A stretch of 64,000 nucleotides of DNA from an uncultured delta proteobacterium (GTDB lineage Bacteria > Myxococcota_A > Polyangia > Fen-1088): positions 1,248,001-1,312,000 of the forward strand of contig CAVYGB010000008.1 in the NCBI GenBank assembly GCA_963767925.1, given 5' to 3'. The notes beneath the pieces were generated by a model. That model made no database searches and was not told the DNA's origin. It saw only the letters and a program-made list of their open reading frames with translations. The position numbers were made by a program, and so were the translations under genes. Below, piece by piece: positions 9,140-19,169 of the stretch (position 1 is its first letter; each line of letters opens with the position of its first letter).

Positions 9140-10366
9140 ATGCAGATGAGTGCACTGAGAAAATCGCATATTGGGAGATCGGCCAACCTGCTTGCGGCGA
9201 CGCTGCTTGCTTCCCTGGTTCCCGCCCTGGCGTTCGCGCAGGAAGCTGCGGCACCCGCCGCGCCCGCCGCGCCCAAGCTGGCGGCCATCACGACCACCAC
9301 CGCGCAGGATCCGGCTCCGCCCGTGGTGACGCAGGCCGAGCCACCGCCGCCTGCCGAGGACGCCTCGTCCAAGCCGCTCAGCACCGCCGTCTGGGGGCGC
9401 ATCGGCAATTACATCCAGGGCGCCGATCCCACCAAGCTGAACGACGTCTCCCAGGACGCCGAGGTCGACGTCCTGCTGAGCGGCCAGATCCACAAGTACG
9501 TCGGCTGGCAAGCCGACTTCGTCGGCTACCTCAGCGGCGGCGGGGCCGACACCGCGAGCGTCCTCGACCTGATCGGCAAGCTCGAGCTGCACAACGCCTT
9601 CAACCTGTGGGTGGGCCGCATGCTGGTCCCCTCCGACCGCTCGAACTTCAGCGGTCCCTGGTTCATGGCGCCCTGGAACTACCCGGGCTTTTACCCCGGG
9701 CTGGGCGCGCCCGCCGGCCCGCGCCAGGGCGCGTTCGGCCGCAACGACGGCGCCACCGTCTGGGGTGACTTCGGCGGCGGCGTGCTCAAGTACTACCTGG
9801 GCGCCTTCGACCTGCGCCAGCGGAGCGAGAGCCCCCTCTACACCGCCCGCATCAACCTGAGCCTGCTCAACCCGGAGCCGGGCTACTACCACAGCAGCAC
9901 TTACTACGGCATGGACATCCTAGCCATCGGCGTGGGCGCCCAGTACAAGAAGAACGGCTCGGTCGCGCCCCCGCCGATGGAAGGGGCCATGGCGATCGCG
10001 CCCGCCAACTACAGCGGCTATAACGTCGACCTGCTGTTCGAGAAGAAGCTCGGCAGCGCCGGCGTGTTCGACGTCGAGGGCGCCTACTACGTGTTCGACG
10101 GCGCCAACGAGGTGCTCGACAGCCACTTTTACGCCCTGGCCAGCTACCTCATTCCGGCGAACCTGGGCTTCGGCCAGATCCAGCCGCTGGTCCGCTACCA
10201 GGGGGCTTCGCCCAAGGGCGGAGGCGACATGTGGCGCCTCGTCGATTTCCAGGTCGGCTACGTGATCAGCCAGTACGCCGCCCGGCTGGCCTTCGGGTAC
10301 CAGACCGGCAAGGTGGGTGAGCTCGAGACCAACTCCGTGTTCATGGGGTTGCAGCTCCAGAAGTAG
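9140..10366 (+). CDS. Outer-membrane porin (short-chain amide/OprO-P-like)
   Basis: AGAGGAG RBS, signal peptide (ALAFA-Q), Pro/Ala linker, WVGRMLVPSDRSNFSGP, amphipathic beta strands ending GLQLQK. Confidence 0.7.
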   Translation: MQMSALRKSHIGRSANLLAATLLASLVPALAFAQEAAAPAAPAAPKLAAITTTTAQDPAPPVVTQAEPPPPAEDASSKPLSTAVWGRIGNYIQGADPTKLNDVSQDAEVDVLLSGQIHKYVGWQADFVGYLSGGGADTASVLDLIGKLELHNAFNLWVGRMLVPSDRSNFSGPWFMAPWNYPGFYPGLGAPAGPRQGAFGRNDGATVWGDFGGGVLKYYLGAFDLRQRSESPLYTARINLSLLNPEPGYYHSSTYYGMDILAIGVGAQYKKNGSVAPPPMEGAMAIAPANYSGYNVDLLFEKKLGSAGVFDVEGAYYVFDGANEVLDSHFYALASYLIPANLGFGQIQPLVRYQGASPKGGGDMWRLVDFQVGYVISQYAARLAFGYQTGKVGELETNSVFMGLQLQK

Positions 10367-10400
10367 CTGCCGCGCAGACCGCAGTCCCGGTCGACCGGCC

Positions 10401-11400
10401 TCACCTGGCCGTTCTGCCGGGGCGGCGGTGCGCACCGGCGATGGTCCGGGCCAGGGTCCGCAGGGCCTCGGCCACCGCGCTGCGAGGCCGGAACACGAGC
10501 CCGATGGTGCGGCCGGGAACCGGCTCCTCGAAACGGCGGATCTGCAGGGCGGGATCGCGCGCCTCGACCGGGACCGCCATCGCGGGCAACAGGGTGACGC
10601 CGGCCCCCGAGGCCACCATCTGCACGAGGGTGGGCAAGCTGGTGGCGCGGAAGCCGCTCTCCCGAGCCTGGCCGGCGGCGCAGACCTCCAGCGCCTGCGC
10701 GCGCAGGCAGTGTCCCTCGTCGAGCAGGAGCACCGGTGCGCCCGACAGCGCCGCCATCGTGAGGGGCGCCCGCCCCTGGGCCAGAGGGTGCCCCCGGGGC
10801 GCGCAGAGGACGAAGGGGTCATCGCCGATGGCGACCCGATCCAACCCCTCGAGGGGCGCCTCGAGGGCGACGAGCGCGCCGTCGAGCCGGCCCTCGCGCA
10901 GGGCAGCCGTGAGCTCGAGGGTGCGCCCCTCCTCCCAGAGGATCATGAGCTCGCGGTGGCTGTGCCGCAGGGCGGGCGTGATCCGGGGCAGCAGATAGGG
11001 CGCGATGGTGGGGATGACCCCCAGCCGGAGCGTCCCCGCCAACGGATCGCCGAGGCGGGCGCTCGCCACCAGCAGGTCGTCCGCGGCGAGGATGAGGCCG
11101 CGGGCCCGGGCCAGCAGGGCCTCCGCCGCCGGCGTGAGCAGCACCTGCCTTCGATCCCGATCGAACAGCTTCACGCCGAGGGCCCCCTCGGCCTGAGCCA
11201 CCTGCGCGCTCAACGAAGGCTGCGAGACCCGGCACAGAGCGGCCGCCCGGCGAAAGCTACGGCTGTCGGCCACCGCGACGAGGTACTGGAGCTGGCGCAG
11301 CGTGACCGGGTGGGGCGCAAACGCCGGAGCGGGGCCGGGAGGGGAAGGCCCAGAGAGGGGCGGGGCGTCGGGTCGTCGGGTGATAGGAAAGACCTATCAC
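10401..11400 (-). CDS. oxyR: LysR-family regulator, OxyR-like (start uncertain; probable N-terminal frameshift)
   Basis: TLRQLQYLVAVAD...SFRRAA..CRVSQPSLSAQV, LGVIPTIAPYLLP, LLLDEGHCLRAQALEVC with both redox Cys, FRATSLPTL; no in-frame start upstream of the HTH, GTG 11400 is in another frame. Confidence 0.75.
11380..11400. promoter_or_regulatory. OxyR/LysR operator palindrome
   Basis: GTGATAGG-aaaga-CCTATCAC perfect 8-bp inverted repeat containing ATAG-N7-CTAT at the 5' end of the oxyR-like gene. Confidence 0.75.
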
Positions 11401-11454
11401 AACCGGCTGGCCGAACGCTTCGACCCCGGCCTGAGCGGCCCGGCGGGCAAGACC

Positions 11455-13671
11455 TCAGTTGCCGGCCGCCGCCTGCCGCGATTCCTCGAAGCCCAGCAGC
11501 TTCTTGCGCAGGTCCTCGAGCCGGACCTGGTGGGCGGGATCGCGCGCCAGGTCGGTCTGCTGGCCCGGGTCGGCCGCCAGGTCGTGCAGCTCCCAGCGGC
11601 GGTCGGTGATCTTGTGGGTGATCTTGAAGGTCCCCTCCACCATCATCGTCTCGTGTTTCGGCCAGGCAGTGGCCGGCAACAGCTCGCCGAAGATGGGCCT
11701 CGGCGACAGAGGCTTGCCGTCCAGCGCGGGCAGCAGGCTGCGCCCCCGGAAGGAGGCCGGCGGCTCCAGCCCCACCAGATCGACGAGGGTGGCGCCCACG
11801 TCGACGAGCGCCACCGGATCGTTCACCACCACCGGCTTTTTGCCCGGCACCGCCACGATCAAGGGCACCCGGAGCTGCTCCTCGGTCAAGTCCTGGCCGT
11901 GAAAGTAGAACTTGTGCTCGCCCCAGGCCTCGCCGTGGTCGGCGAACACGACGACCGCGGTGTTGCGGCGCAGCCCGCTCTCGTCGAGGGCGGCGAGGAT
12001 CTTTCCGAACCACCCGTCCACGAAGGCGATCTCGTAGTCGTATTTCTCTTCCAGACCCTCCACCCCCCGCAGCGAGGTGGGGAACTCGGGATGCGACAGG
12101 TAGCTCGAGTGGGGCTCGAACAGGTGGGTCCAGAGGGCAAAACGTTCGCCCCTGGCCGCCGCCTGCTTGAGCCGGGCGATGACCCGCGGGACGATGCGGG
12201 GCGAGGCGACGTCCTTGTTGGACTCGGCGATGGTCCCGGCGCCGTCGTTGCTCCACTCGGCGAAGCCCTGGTTGAGGCCCCGGTCCGCCGAGAAGTAAAA
12301 GTGGGAGAACAGCCCCAGCGGGCGCAGGCCGGCGCCGGCGAGCTGCTCGAAGAAGGTCTCGTTGGCCGGAGCGATGGGCGAATAGTTCAGCGACCGCTGC
12401 ACCCAGGCCACCTCGGAGGGCAGCCGCCCGGTCAGCAGCGAGGGGAAGGAGCGAGGCGTGTTGGGGGCCTGCGACCAGGCCCGCGGGAAGTAGGCCCCCT
12501 GCTGGGCCAGGGTGTCCAGGTTGGGGGTGAGGGACCGGTTTCCGCGGCGCCGGTAGCCGGCCACGCCCAGCCGATCGGCCCGCAGGGCGTCGATGCTGAC
12601 GATGAGGATGTTGCCGCCGAACGCCTCTCCAGCGCGGCGGCGGGGAGGCGTGGGGGTGCCGGTGGCGCCGGTGGCGCTCGCGGAAGCCGGCGTGACCGCC
12701 AAAGCGGTAGCGTCGCCCCCCTCGCAGTTCTGGTCGATGCCGTCGCGGGGCACATCGCTGGCCCCCGGGTAGGTGTCGGGTCTCCGGTCGTCGCAGTCCC
12801 CACCGCCGAAGCTGGCCGAATAGCCGTCACCGTCGCCGTCGGTGAGCGTGCGGGCCGTGCCGAGCCCCAGGCGCATGCCCAGGCTGCCATCTTCGAGGGC
12901 CCGGAAGGCGGCCGAACCCTCCGGGACGCGGGCCGCAGCCACCACGAACCCGACGACGAGCCCCACCACCGCCACCCGGATGGCCATGCGGGTCCGTCCG
13001 GCTGGATGGGCAGGGGGCCGGGCCTGCCCGTACCAGAACACGAAGTGGGCGACCCCCAGGGCGAGCGCGAGGCCGGTGGCCTTGACCGGCCCCAGATCGA
13101 GCACCCGCCAGTCGGCCTGGGAGAGCGCCAGCACGACGGCCACCACGCCCAGGAGGACCAGCAGGAGGGCCAGCAGGCTCAGGCGGCTGAGCCGGGCCGG
13201 CCGGGGCAGGCGGCCCACCAGGGCCATCGCGGGACGGCGCAGGGCCAGCGCCACCAGGGCCGCCGGCGCGACCGCCAGCAGGGTGACCCCGAAGGTCGCG
13301 ATGGCGGCGAGCGTCCGGCTGTGCATCTTCGCCACGAACAGCACATGCGCAGCGGCGCAGAGGGCCCCCAGCACCCCGGCCCCGATCGCCCCCAGCAGCA
13401 AGGCCGCCGCCAGCCTCGTGTCGAGCTCGGCCTGCTCCGCCCCCGCTCTGGCCTCCCGCAGCGCGCCCGCGACGACCGCGGCGGTCCAGCCGAGGAGGGC
13501 GGCCAGCACCAGCCCCGCGGCCCCGTACAGCCCGATGGTGAGGAAGGTCGCGTCGGCGACCGGGACGCCCTGACCGCGGGCCAGCACCAGGACCAGATCG
13601 ACAAGGCCTGCCCCCAGCAGCCCGGCCAGGGTCGAGGCAGCCACCGAGAGCGTCAGCCAGCGCGCGAGCAT
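11455..13671 (-). CDS. Membrane-anchored sulfatase-like/alkaline phosphatase superfamily protein with MopE-like motif
   Basis: N-terminal multi-TM region; DGDGDGY..GDCDD...PGA....DGIDQNC; IDALRAD, APNTPRS, EPH, ADHGE, HG. Confidence 0.82.
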   Translation of the reverse strand: MLARWLTLSVAASTLAGLLGAGLVDLVLVLARGQGVPVADATFLTIGLYGAAGLVLAALLGWTAAVVAGALREARAGAEQAELDTRLAAALLLGAIGAGVLGALCAAAHVLFVAKMHSRTLAAIATFGVTLLAVAPAALVALALRRPAMALVGRLPRPARLSRLSLLALLLVLLGVVAVVLALSQADWRVLDLGPVKATGLALALGVAHFVFWYGQARPPAHPAGRTRMAIRVAVVGLVVGFVVAAARVPEGSAAFRALEDGSLGMRLGLGTARTLTDGDGDGYSASFGGGDCDDRRPDTYPGASDVPRDGIDQNCEGGDATALAVTPASASATGATGTPTPPRRRAGEAFGGNILIVSIDALRADRLGVAGYRRRGNRSLTPNLDTLAQQGAYFPRAWSQAPNTPRSFPSLLTGRLPSEVAWVQRSLNYSPIAPANETFFEQLAGAGLRPLGLFSHFYFSADRGLNQGFAEWSNDGAGTIAESNKDVASPRIVPRVIARLKQAAARGERFALWTHLFEPHSSYLSHPEFPTSLRGVEGLEEKYDYEIAFVDGWFGKILAALDESGLRRNTAVVVFADHGEAWGEHKFYFHGQDLTEEQLRVPLIVAVPGKKPVVVNDPVALVDVGATLVDLVGLEPPASFRGRSLLPALDGKPLSPRPIFGELLPATAWPKHETMMVEGTFKITHKITDRRWELHDLAADPGQQTDLARDPAHQVRLEDLRKKLLGFEESRQAAAGN

Positions 13672-13782
13672 CCCAGGCCATTAGCATGGCCCATCCGACC
13701 GGAAAAGGTGAAGGGGCCAGTCGGCCACCGGCTGACGAGGCACCCTTGACGTTGCCGATTACGCGCGATATCTCCCGGCTCC

Positions 13783-16098
13783 TTGCCGCGCATGCCTAGC
13801 CCCATCCAGTCTGCCGGTCGTCGGTTCGCCGTCCTGCTCGCCATGGGGGGGGCTGCCGCCTCGCTGGCATGTTCGGAGGGGCTGCTGCAAGGGGCCGAGA
13901 CCGCCCGTGAGAACGGGGCCCCGGGGGCCAGGCAACCCACCGCCGTGTCCCTCGAGGGGCACCGGAGCGCCTTCGACTTCGCGGTCAACCGCGCCCACGG
14001 CCTCGAGTACCACGGGGGCCGACTGGTCATCGATGCCGGCGGCCTGAGCTTCCCCAAGTTCGTCGACGGCGGCTGGAAGACCTCTTTCATCCTCGGTGGA
14101 CGCGACGAGGGGCGGCCCGCCGCCCTCGTGTCGGGGCTCTCGGGGGTGTTTTTCCTGCCCATCGACGGCGACGGCGACGGGCCGGGGCCCGCCGGCGCCG
14201 ACCTGGCGCTGACCTTGACCCTGCGGTCCCGGGCGCCCAACCAGCGCTTGACGGTATTCGTCAACGAGAAGCAGGCCGGCACGGTGGAGGTCGGGAACAC
14301 CTGGGCGGATCACGCCGTCGCGCTGCCGGCGGGGGCGTTGCAGGCCGGCGAGAACCGCGTCCGCCTGACCTTCCGATCGTCGGCCTCCCTGCCCGGCGGC
14401 CGGCGCAGCCCCGCCGCCCTGGCCCGGATCGTCCTCGGGCCCGCCCAGCAAGAGGCGCCCCCTCCCGAAAAGCCGGCGCTCGACCCGGCGGAGCAGACCC
14501 TGGGGGGCGCGACGAAGCGGGCCTTCGTCCTCCCGGGCCCCGGGCGGCTGTCGTTCTTCGTGCAGGTCCCCGCCGCGGGCAAGCTCGCGCTGGCCTTCGG
14601 CGCCCCCGCCGCCGGCGCGACGGTGGCGGTGCGGATCGCCCGGGACGGCGCCGCCACCCGCACGCTGTTCGATGGACCGGTGGCCGAGGGGCGCTTCACC
14701 GAGGCGGCCTGGGACCTCTCCGCCGAAGCGGGCAAGGCGGTCCGGGTCGACCTGGTGGGCCGGACGGGCGCGACGGTCTGGGGCACGCCCCGGCTGATGG
14801 TCCCGGCGCCCGCCGCGGCGCCCCTGCCCGAAAAGCGCTTCACCCGGATCTTCGTCTGGATGGTGGACACGCTCCGGGCCGACAAGGTCCGGGTGTACAA
14901 CCCAAAGACCCGCGTCGAGACGCCGAACTACGACGCCTTCGCCGCCGAAGCCACCCGCTTCGCCTGGGCGCACGTCCCGGGCACCTGGTCGCTCCCCTCG
15001 CACGCCTCGATCCTGACCGGCGTCTACCCCACCATCCACAAGGCGGTGGCGCACGAGGCCCGGCTGTCGCGAGAGGTTCCTTTCCTCGCCGAGCTCCTGA
15101 AGAAGGGCGGCTACCGGACCGCGCTCTTCTCCTCGAACGGCTACGTCTCGGGCAAGTGGGGCTTCGATCGGGGTTGGGACGAGATCCGCAACTTCATTCG
15201 CGAGAGCTTGCCCAACGGTGCCGACTATCTATGGAAGACGGCCGCCACCTGGATGGATGCCCCGGCCAACCGGGAAAAGCCCCAGTTCCTGTACCTGGCC
15301 ACCATCGAGCCGCACGTCATCTACAACCCCAAGAAGGAGTTCCTGGCCAGGTACTGGCAGAAACCCTACCGGGGCCCGATCCGTCCGAACATCAGCGGCG
15401 TCCAGCTCGGCCAGATCAAGTCGGGCAAGCTCAAGATCGACGACAACGACAAGGCTTACCTCGAGGCGCTCCACGACGCCGAGATCACCCAAAGCGACAC
15501 CCTGTTCGGGGCCTTCATCGCCGATCTCAAGAAGCGGGAGATCTACGACAGCTCGGTGGTTGTCGTGGTCTCGGATCACGGCGACGAGTTCTGGGAGCAC
15601 GGCGACGTCGGGCACGCTCAGGGCGTGTACCAGGAGCTGGTGCACATCCCGCTCATCGTCCGGGCCCCCGGCGTGCTCCCGACGGGCAAGGTGGTCGAGG
15701 CCGACGTCGAGGCCATGGACCTGTTTCCCACGCTGCTCGATCTGTCGGGCCAGGCGGTGCCCCGGGGGACCCAGGGCAGCTCGCTGCTGCCGCTGGTCCA
15801 GGACGAGGTGGCCCACAGCCCCCGGGCTGCCCTCAGCCAGAACCTCGGCCAGACCCGGGGGATGAAGGTCGCGCGCTACCGGTTCATCCACGGCGGCCTC
15901 GATCGGGTCGAGCTCTACGACGAGCTGGACGATCCGCTCGAGCAGAAGAACCTCGCCGCCACCCACCCCATCGCCCTGCGGACGCTGCGCAACGTCTTCG
16001 GGTTGCTCTACCGCTTCGAGGACCGCTGGCGCAAGGCAGCCTGGGGGACGGCGGCCAATCTCAACGACGTGTTTTATGGCGAAGTGGCGAGCCCGTGA
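13783..16098 (+). CDS. Exported sulfatase-like lipoprotein
   Basis: Lipobox SLAC; VDTLRAD, WSLPSHASILTG, EPH, SDHGDEF.EHG..GH. Confidence 0.82.
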   Translation: MPRMPSPIQSAGRRFAVLLAMGGAAASLACSEGLLQGAETARENGAPGARQPTAVSLEGHRSAFDFAVNRAHGLEYHGGRLVIDAGGLSFPKFVDGGWKTSFILGGRDEGRPAALVSGLSGVFFLPIDGDGDGPGPAGADLALTLTLRSRAPNQRLTVFVNEKQAGTVEVGNTWADHAVALPAGALQAGENRVRLTFRSSASLPGGRRSPAALARIVLGPAQQEAPPPEKPALDPAEQTLGGATKRAFVLPGPGRLSFFVQVPAAGKLALAFGAPAAGATVAVRIARDGAATRTLFDGPVAEGRFTEAAWDLSAEAGKAVRVDLVGRTGATVWGTPRLMVPAPAAAPLPEKRFTRIFVWMVDTLRADKVRVYNPKTRVETPNYDAFAAEATRFAWAHVPGTWSLPSHASILTGVYPTIHKAVAHEARLSREVPFLAELLKKGGYRTALFSSNGYVSGKWGFDRGWDEIRNFIRESLPNGADYLWKTAATWMDAPANREKPQFLYLATIEPHVIYNPKKEFLARYWQKPYRGPIRPNISGVQLGQIKSGKLKIDDNDKAYLEALHDAEITQSDTLFGAFIADLKKREIYDSSVVVVVSDHGDEFWEHGDVGHAQGVYQELVHIPLIVRAPGVLPTGKVVEADVEAMDLFPTLLDLSGQAVPRGTQGSSLLPLVQDEVAHSPRAALSQNLGQTRGMKVARYRFIHGGLDRVELYDELDDPLEQKNLAATHPIALRTLRNVFGLLYRFEDRWRKAAWGTAANLNDVFYGEVASP

Positions 16099-16132
16099 TG
16101 GTGTCAGGTACGCAAGCACAAGGAGGATCGAC

Positions 16133-17542
16133 GTGCGCAAGACACGAAGCACTTTTGTGATCGCGCTGGCGATGGCCCTCGGTTCCGGGAGCATGCAGCC
16201 GCTGTCGGCCCAGGAGAAGAAGATCCGGATCGTGACCCTCGATCCGGGGCATTTTCACGCCGCGCTCCCCCACCGCGAGAGTTACCCCGATGTCGACCCC
16301 CGCGTGAACGTGTACGCGCCGCTGGGCTCCGATCTCATCGAGCACCTGAAGCGGATGACCCGCTTCAACCTCCGCCCGGAGAACCCGACCGCCTGGCGGC
16401 TCGAGGTGCACACCGGCCCCGACTTCCTCGAGCGCTTCCGCAAGGAGCGGGCGGGGAACGTCGTTGTCATCTCGGGCAAGAACCGGAGCAAGATCGATTA
16501 CATCCAGAACGCCGTCACCTCGGGCTTCCACGCCCTCGTCGACAAGCCCTGGATCCTGCGCTCGGAGGACCTGCCGAAGCTGAAGGCAGCGCTCGATCTC
16601 GCCCAGAAGAAGGGGCGGATCGCCTTCGACATGATGACCGAGCGGTTCGAGATCACGACCTTGCTCCAGAAGGAGCTGGTCAACGATCCCGAGGTCTTCG
16701 GCAAGGTGGAGCCGGGCAGCCCCCAGCAGCCGAGCGTCTACATGGAGAGCGTCCACCACCTCATGAAGACGGTGGCGGGCGCCCCCAACCTGCGGCCCAC
16801 CTGGTTCTTCGATCGCGAGGAGCAGGGCGAGGGGGTCAACGACATCGGCACCCACCTCGTGGACCTGGTGCCCTGGACGCTCTGGCCCGGGCAGGGGATC
16901 GAGCCCGAAAAGGAGGTCCAGGTCCTGTCGGCCCAGCGCTGGCCCACGCTCATCAACCGGGCGAGCTTTCAGCGGGTGACGGGGGAGAAGGACTTCCCGG
17001 CCGACCTCAAGAAGGACGTCAAGGACGACACCCTCGAGTACTTCTGCAACACGCTGGTCACCTATTCGGTCCGGGGCGTGCACACGAAGCTCAACATCAT
17101 CTGGGACTGGGAAGCCCCCGCCGGCGGCGATACCCACTTCGCCTATTACCGCGGCAGCAAGGCCCGCATCGAGGTCCGCCAGGGCAAGACGGAGCGCTAC
17201 CGCCCCGAGACCTACGTGGTGCCCAACGATGCCAAGGACCGGGCCACGATCCTGGCGGCGGTGAACAAGCGCCTGGCGACCCTGCAGGCCAAATATCCAG
17301 GTGTGATCGCCGAGGAGCGCGGCGCCGACATTCTCCTCCGCATCCCCGACAAGCTCCGCACCACCCACGAGGAGCACTTCGCCGAGGTGGCCCGCGCCTT
17401 CTTCGGATACATCAAGAATCCGAAGAGCGTGCCCGCCTGGGAAAAGCAGCACATGCTCGCCAAATATTACGTCACCACGAAGGCCGCCGACCTCAGCCGC
17501 GAAGGCCCGGTGAAGGTGGCCGAGCGCATCGCCCCCAAATAG
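16133..17542 (+). CDS. Exported Gfo/Idh/MocA-like putative oxidoreductase
   Basis: AGGAGG RBS + GTG, signal peptide; TLDPGHFHAAL, VDKPW, DMMTERFE, QGEG..DIGTHLVDL. Confidence 0.75.
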   Translation: MRKTRSTFVIALAMALGSGSMQPLSAQEKKIRIVTLDPGHFHAALPHRESYPDVDPRVNVYAPLGSDLIEHLKRMTRFNLRPENPTAWRLEVHTGPDFLERFRKERAGNVVVISGKNRSKIDYIQNAVTSGFHALVDKPWILRSEDLPKLKAALDLAQKKGRIAFDMMTERFEITTLLQKELVNDPEVFGKVEPGSPQQPSVYMESVHHLMKTVAGAPNLRPTWFFDREEQGEGVNDIGTHLVDLVPWTLWPGQGIEPEKEVQVLSAQRWPTLINRASFQRVTGEKDFPADLKKDVKDDTLEYFCNTLVTYSVRGVHTKLNIIWDWEAPAGGDTHFAYYRGSKARIEVRQGKTERYRPETYVVPNDAKDRATILAAVNKRLATLQAKYPGVIAEERGADILLRIPDKLRTTHEEHFAEVARAFFGYIKNPKSVPAWEKQHMLAKYYVTTKAADLSREGPVKVAERIAPK

Positions 17543-17633
17543 CCGGGCGAGCAGTCGCGCTCGCAGGCGAACACCCGGCGGACCGGTTCCCGGGGGGAGG
17601 TGGTCGGCCGGGCCTTCTCGCGTTCCGTTGCCT

Positions 17634-19160
17634 TCAGTCGTAGTAGCCGTCGAGGAACCAGCCCCCGCTGTTGCGTTCCTGGTGCAGGCGGTAGACCGCG
17701 CCGTCCGAGGCGTGGACGTCCCAGTAGTCCCGGGAGAAGACCTCCTCGCTCCACCATTCGCCGCTCGATCGATAGGGCCCCGCGGCAACCAGCACCCGGG
17801 CGACGAGGTGCTCACCTCGGAGCGCCGCCGGGCCATCTCGATCCACGAGCACCTCGAGCGGCCGGGGCGGGCGGAAGCGCCGGAAGCCGAGCATCCCCTC
17901 GCGGGGCTCGGCCATCGGATTGTCCCGGGAGGGTCCGGGCTCGTACCGCTGCAGGGACACCGCCTCCTCGCGGAACGTGTCCACCAGGGCGGGGGCCCCC
18001 ACGTTCTCCGGGCCCACCAGCGCGCCGAGACGGGCCAGGGTGGCCGCCATCTGCTCGGGTGCCGGACCGGGCGGCCGCCACAGATCGAGCTGGCTCGCGC
18101 GCACGCGCGCCGGCAACACGAGGCCGAGCAGGCCCACCACGGGGGCCGGGGGCGGCCGTCGCGCGAGATCCAGGCGCACGAGTTGCAACAGCGTCGCCGA
18201 ATCGCGGGTGGGGGCGGCGAGGGGGATCTCGCGAACGTCGAACCCGCGGGGGTCGAGCTTGAGCCGCAACCCCAGCCCGGCGCAGGCCAGGCCGCGGCAG
18301 GAGAGTCGAGCCAGCGCCCGATCGAGCAGGCCGCGCAGCACGAACGCCAGCGGCTCGATCTCGAAGATCGGGTAGTCGAGGTCGGTCCCCTCTTCGAGCG
18401 CGTCGGGCGGGAGCTGGGGGCTGAACAGCTCCTCGGCCCGGCCACAGGCCAGGGCGTGCAGCCAGGCCCCCGCCCGTCCCAGCCGCACCGTCACCTCGTC
18501 TCCGGGCAAGGCCGCCACCGCCGCCAGGGTCTTGATCCCCCAGCGCTGCAGGCGGGCGACGATCTCGCTCGTCTCCTCGGCCAGCTCGGCCGGTACCCCC
18601 GCCTGCAGCGCGGTCTCGACCGGCAAGGGGGCGAGAAAAGCCCGCGCCGGCTCGCGACCCGAGGGCACCAGCGCGATGTCCGCCGACTGGGCCGCCACCC
18701 GCGCCACCGCCGCCGAAGCGGCGATCCCCACCTGGACCAGCAGGCCCACCCGCCCGGCCTGGGCGGCGATGGCCTGGGCGATGGCCCTCTCCCCCTGGGG
18801 GTAGAGCTGCTCCAGCTCACCGACCGCGAGGAACAGGCGGCTGCTCTCGCTCTGCACGCGCGGGGCGAAGGCGTACCCCACATCGGCCAGCGCCGCCGCC
18901 GCCGCCGCCGTGTCGCTCGTCGACTGCGGGACCACGAGCAGCTTCCTGGTCCCGAGCAAGCCGCTCGACACCGCGCGGGCCTGGCTCACCGTCTGCCCCA
19001 CCCGTACCCCGGCCCGACGGGCCGGGTCGCTGGCAGCCAGGATGCGCGCCCGCTCTCCCGGTCCTTCGGCCAGCGCGACAGGCTCGTTCCGCCGCTCCGG
19101 ATCGCGGCGCAAGATCGCCTGCAACGCGAGCTGGGGCACATAGACGCAAGCAATCCGCAT
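17634..19160 (-). CDS. imuB: ImuB-like Y-family DNA polymerase homologue
   Basis: MRIACVYVP start, A...GVRVGQTVSQAR, GIKTL, QLDLW clamp-type motif, GPYR.SGEWW...RDYWDV...W..DGYYD C-terminus. Confidence 0.88.
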   Translation of the reverse strand: MRIACVYVPQLALQAILRRDPERRNEPVALAEGPGERARILAASDPARRAGVRVGQTVSQARAVSSGLLGTRKLLVVPQSTSDTAAAAAALADVGYAFAPRVQSESSRLFLAVGELEQLYPQGERAIAQAIAAQAGRVGLLVQVGIAASAAVARVAAQSADIALVPSGREPARAFLAPLPVETALQAGVPAELAEETSEIVARLQRWGIKTLAAVAALPGDEVTVRLGRAGAWLHALACGRAEELFSPQLPPDALEEGTDLDYPIFEIEPLAFVLRGLLDRALARLSCRGLACAGLGLRLKLDPRGFDVREIPLAAPTRDSATLLQLVRLDLARRPPPAPVVGLLGLVLPARVRASQLDLWRPPGPAPEQMAATLARLGALVGPENVGAPALVDTFREEAVSLQRYEPGPSRDNPMAEPREGMLGFRRFRPPRPLEVLVDRDGPAALRGEHLVARVLVAAGPYRSSGEWWSEEVFSRDYWDVHASDGAVYRLHQERNSGGWFLDGYYD

Positions 19161-19169
19161 GACCCAGGC

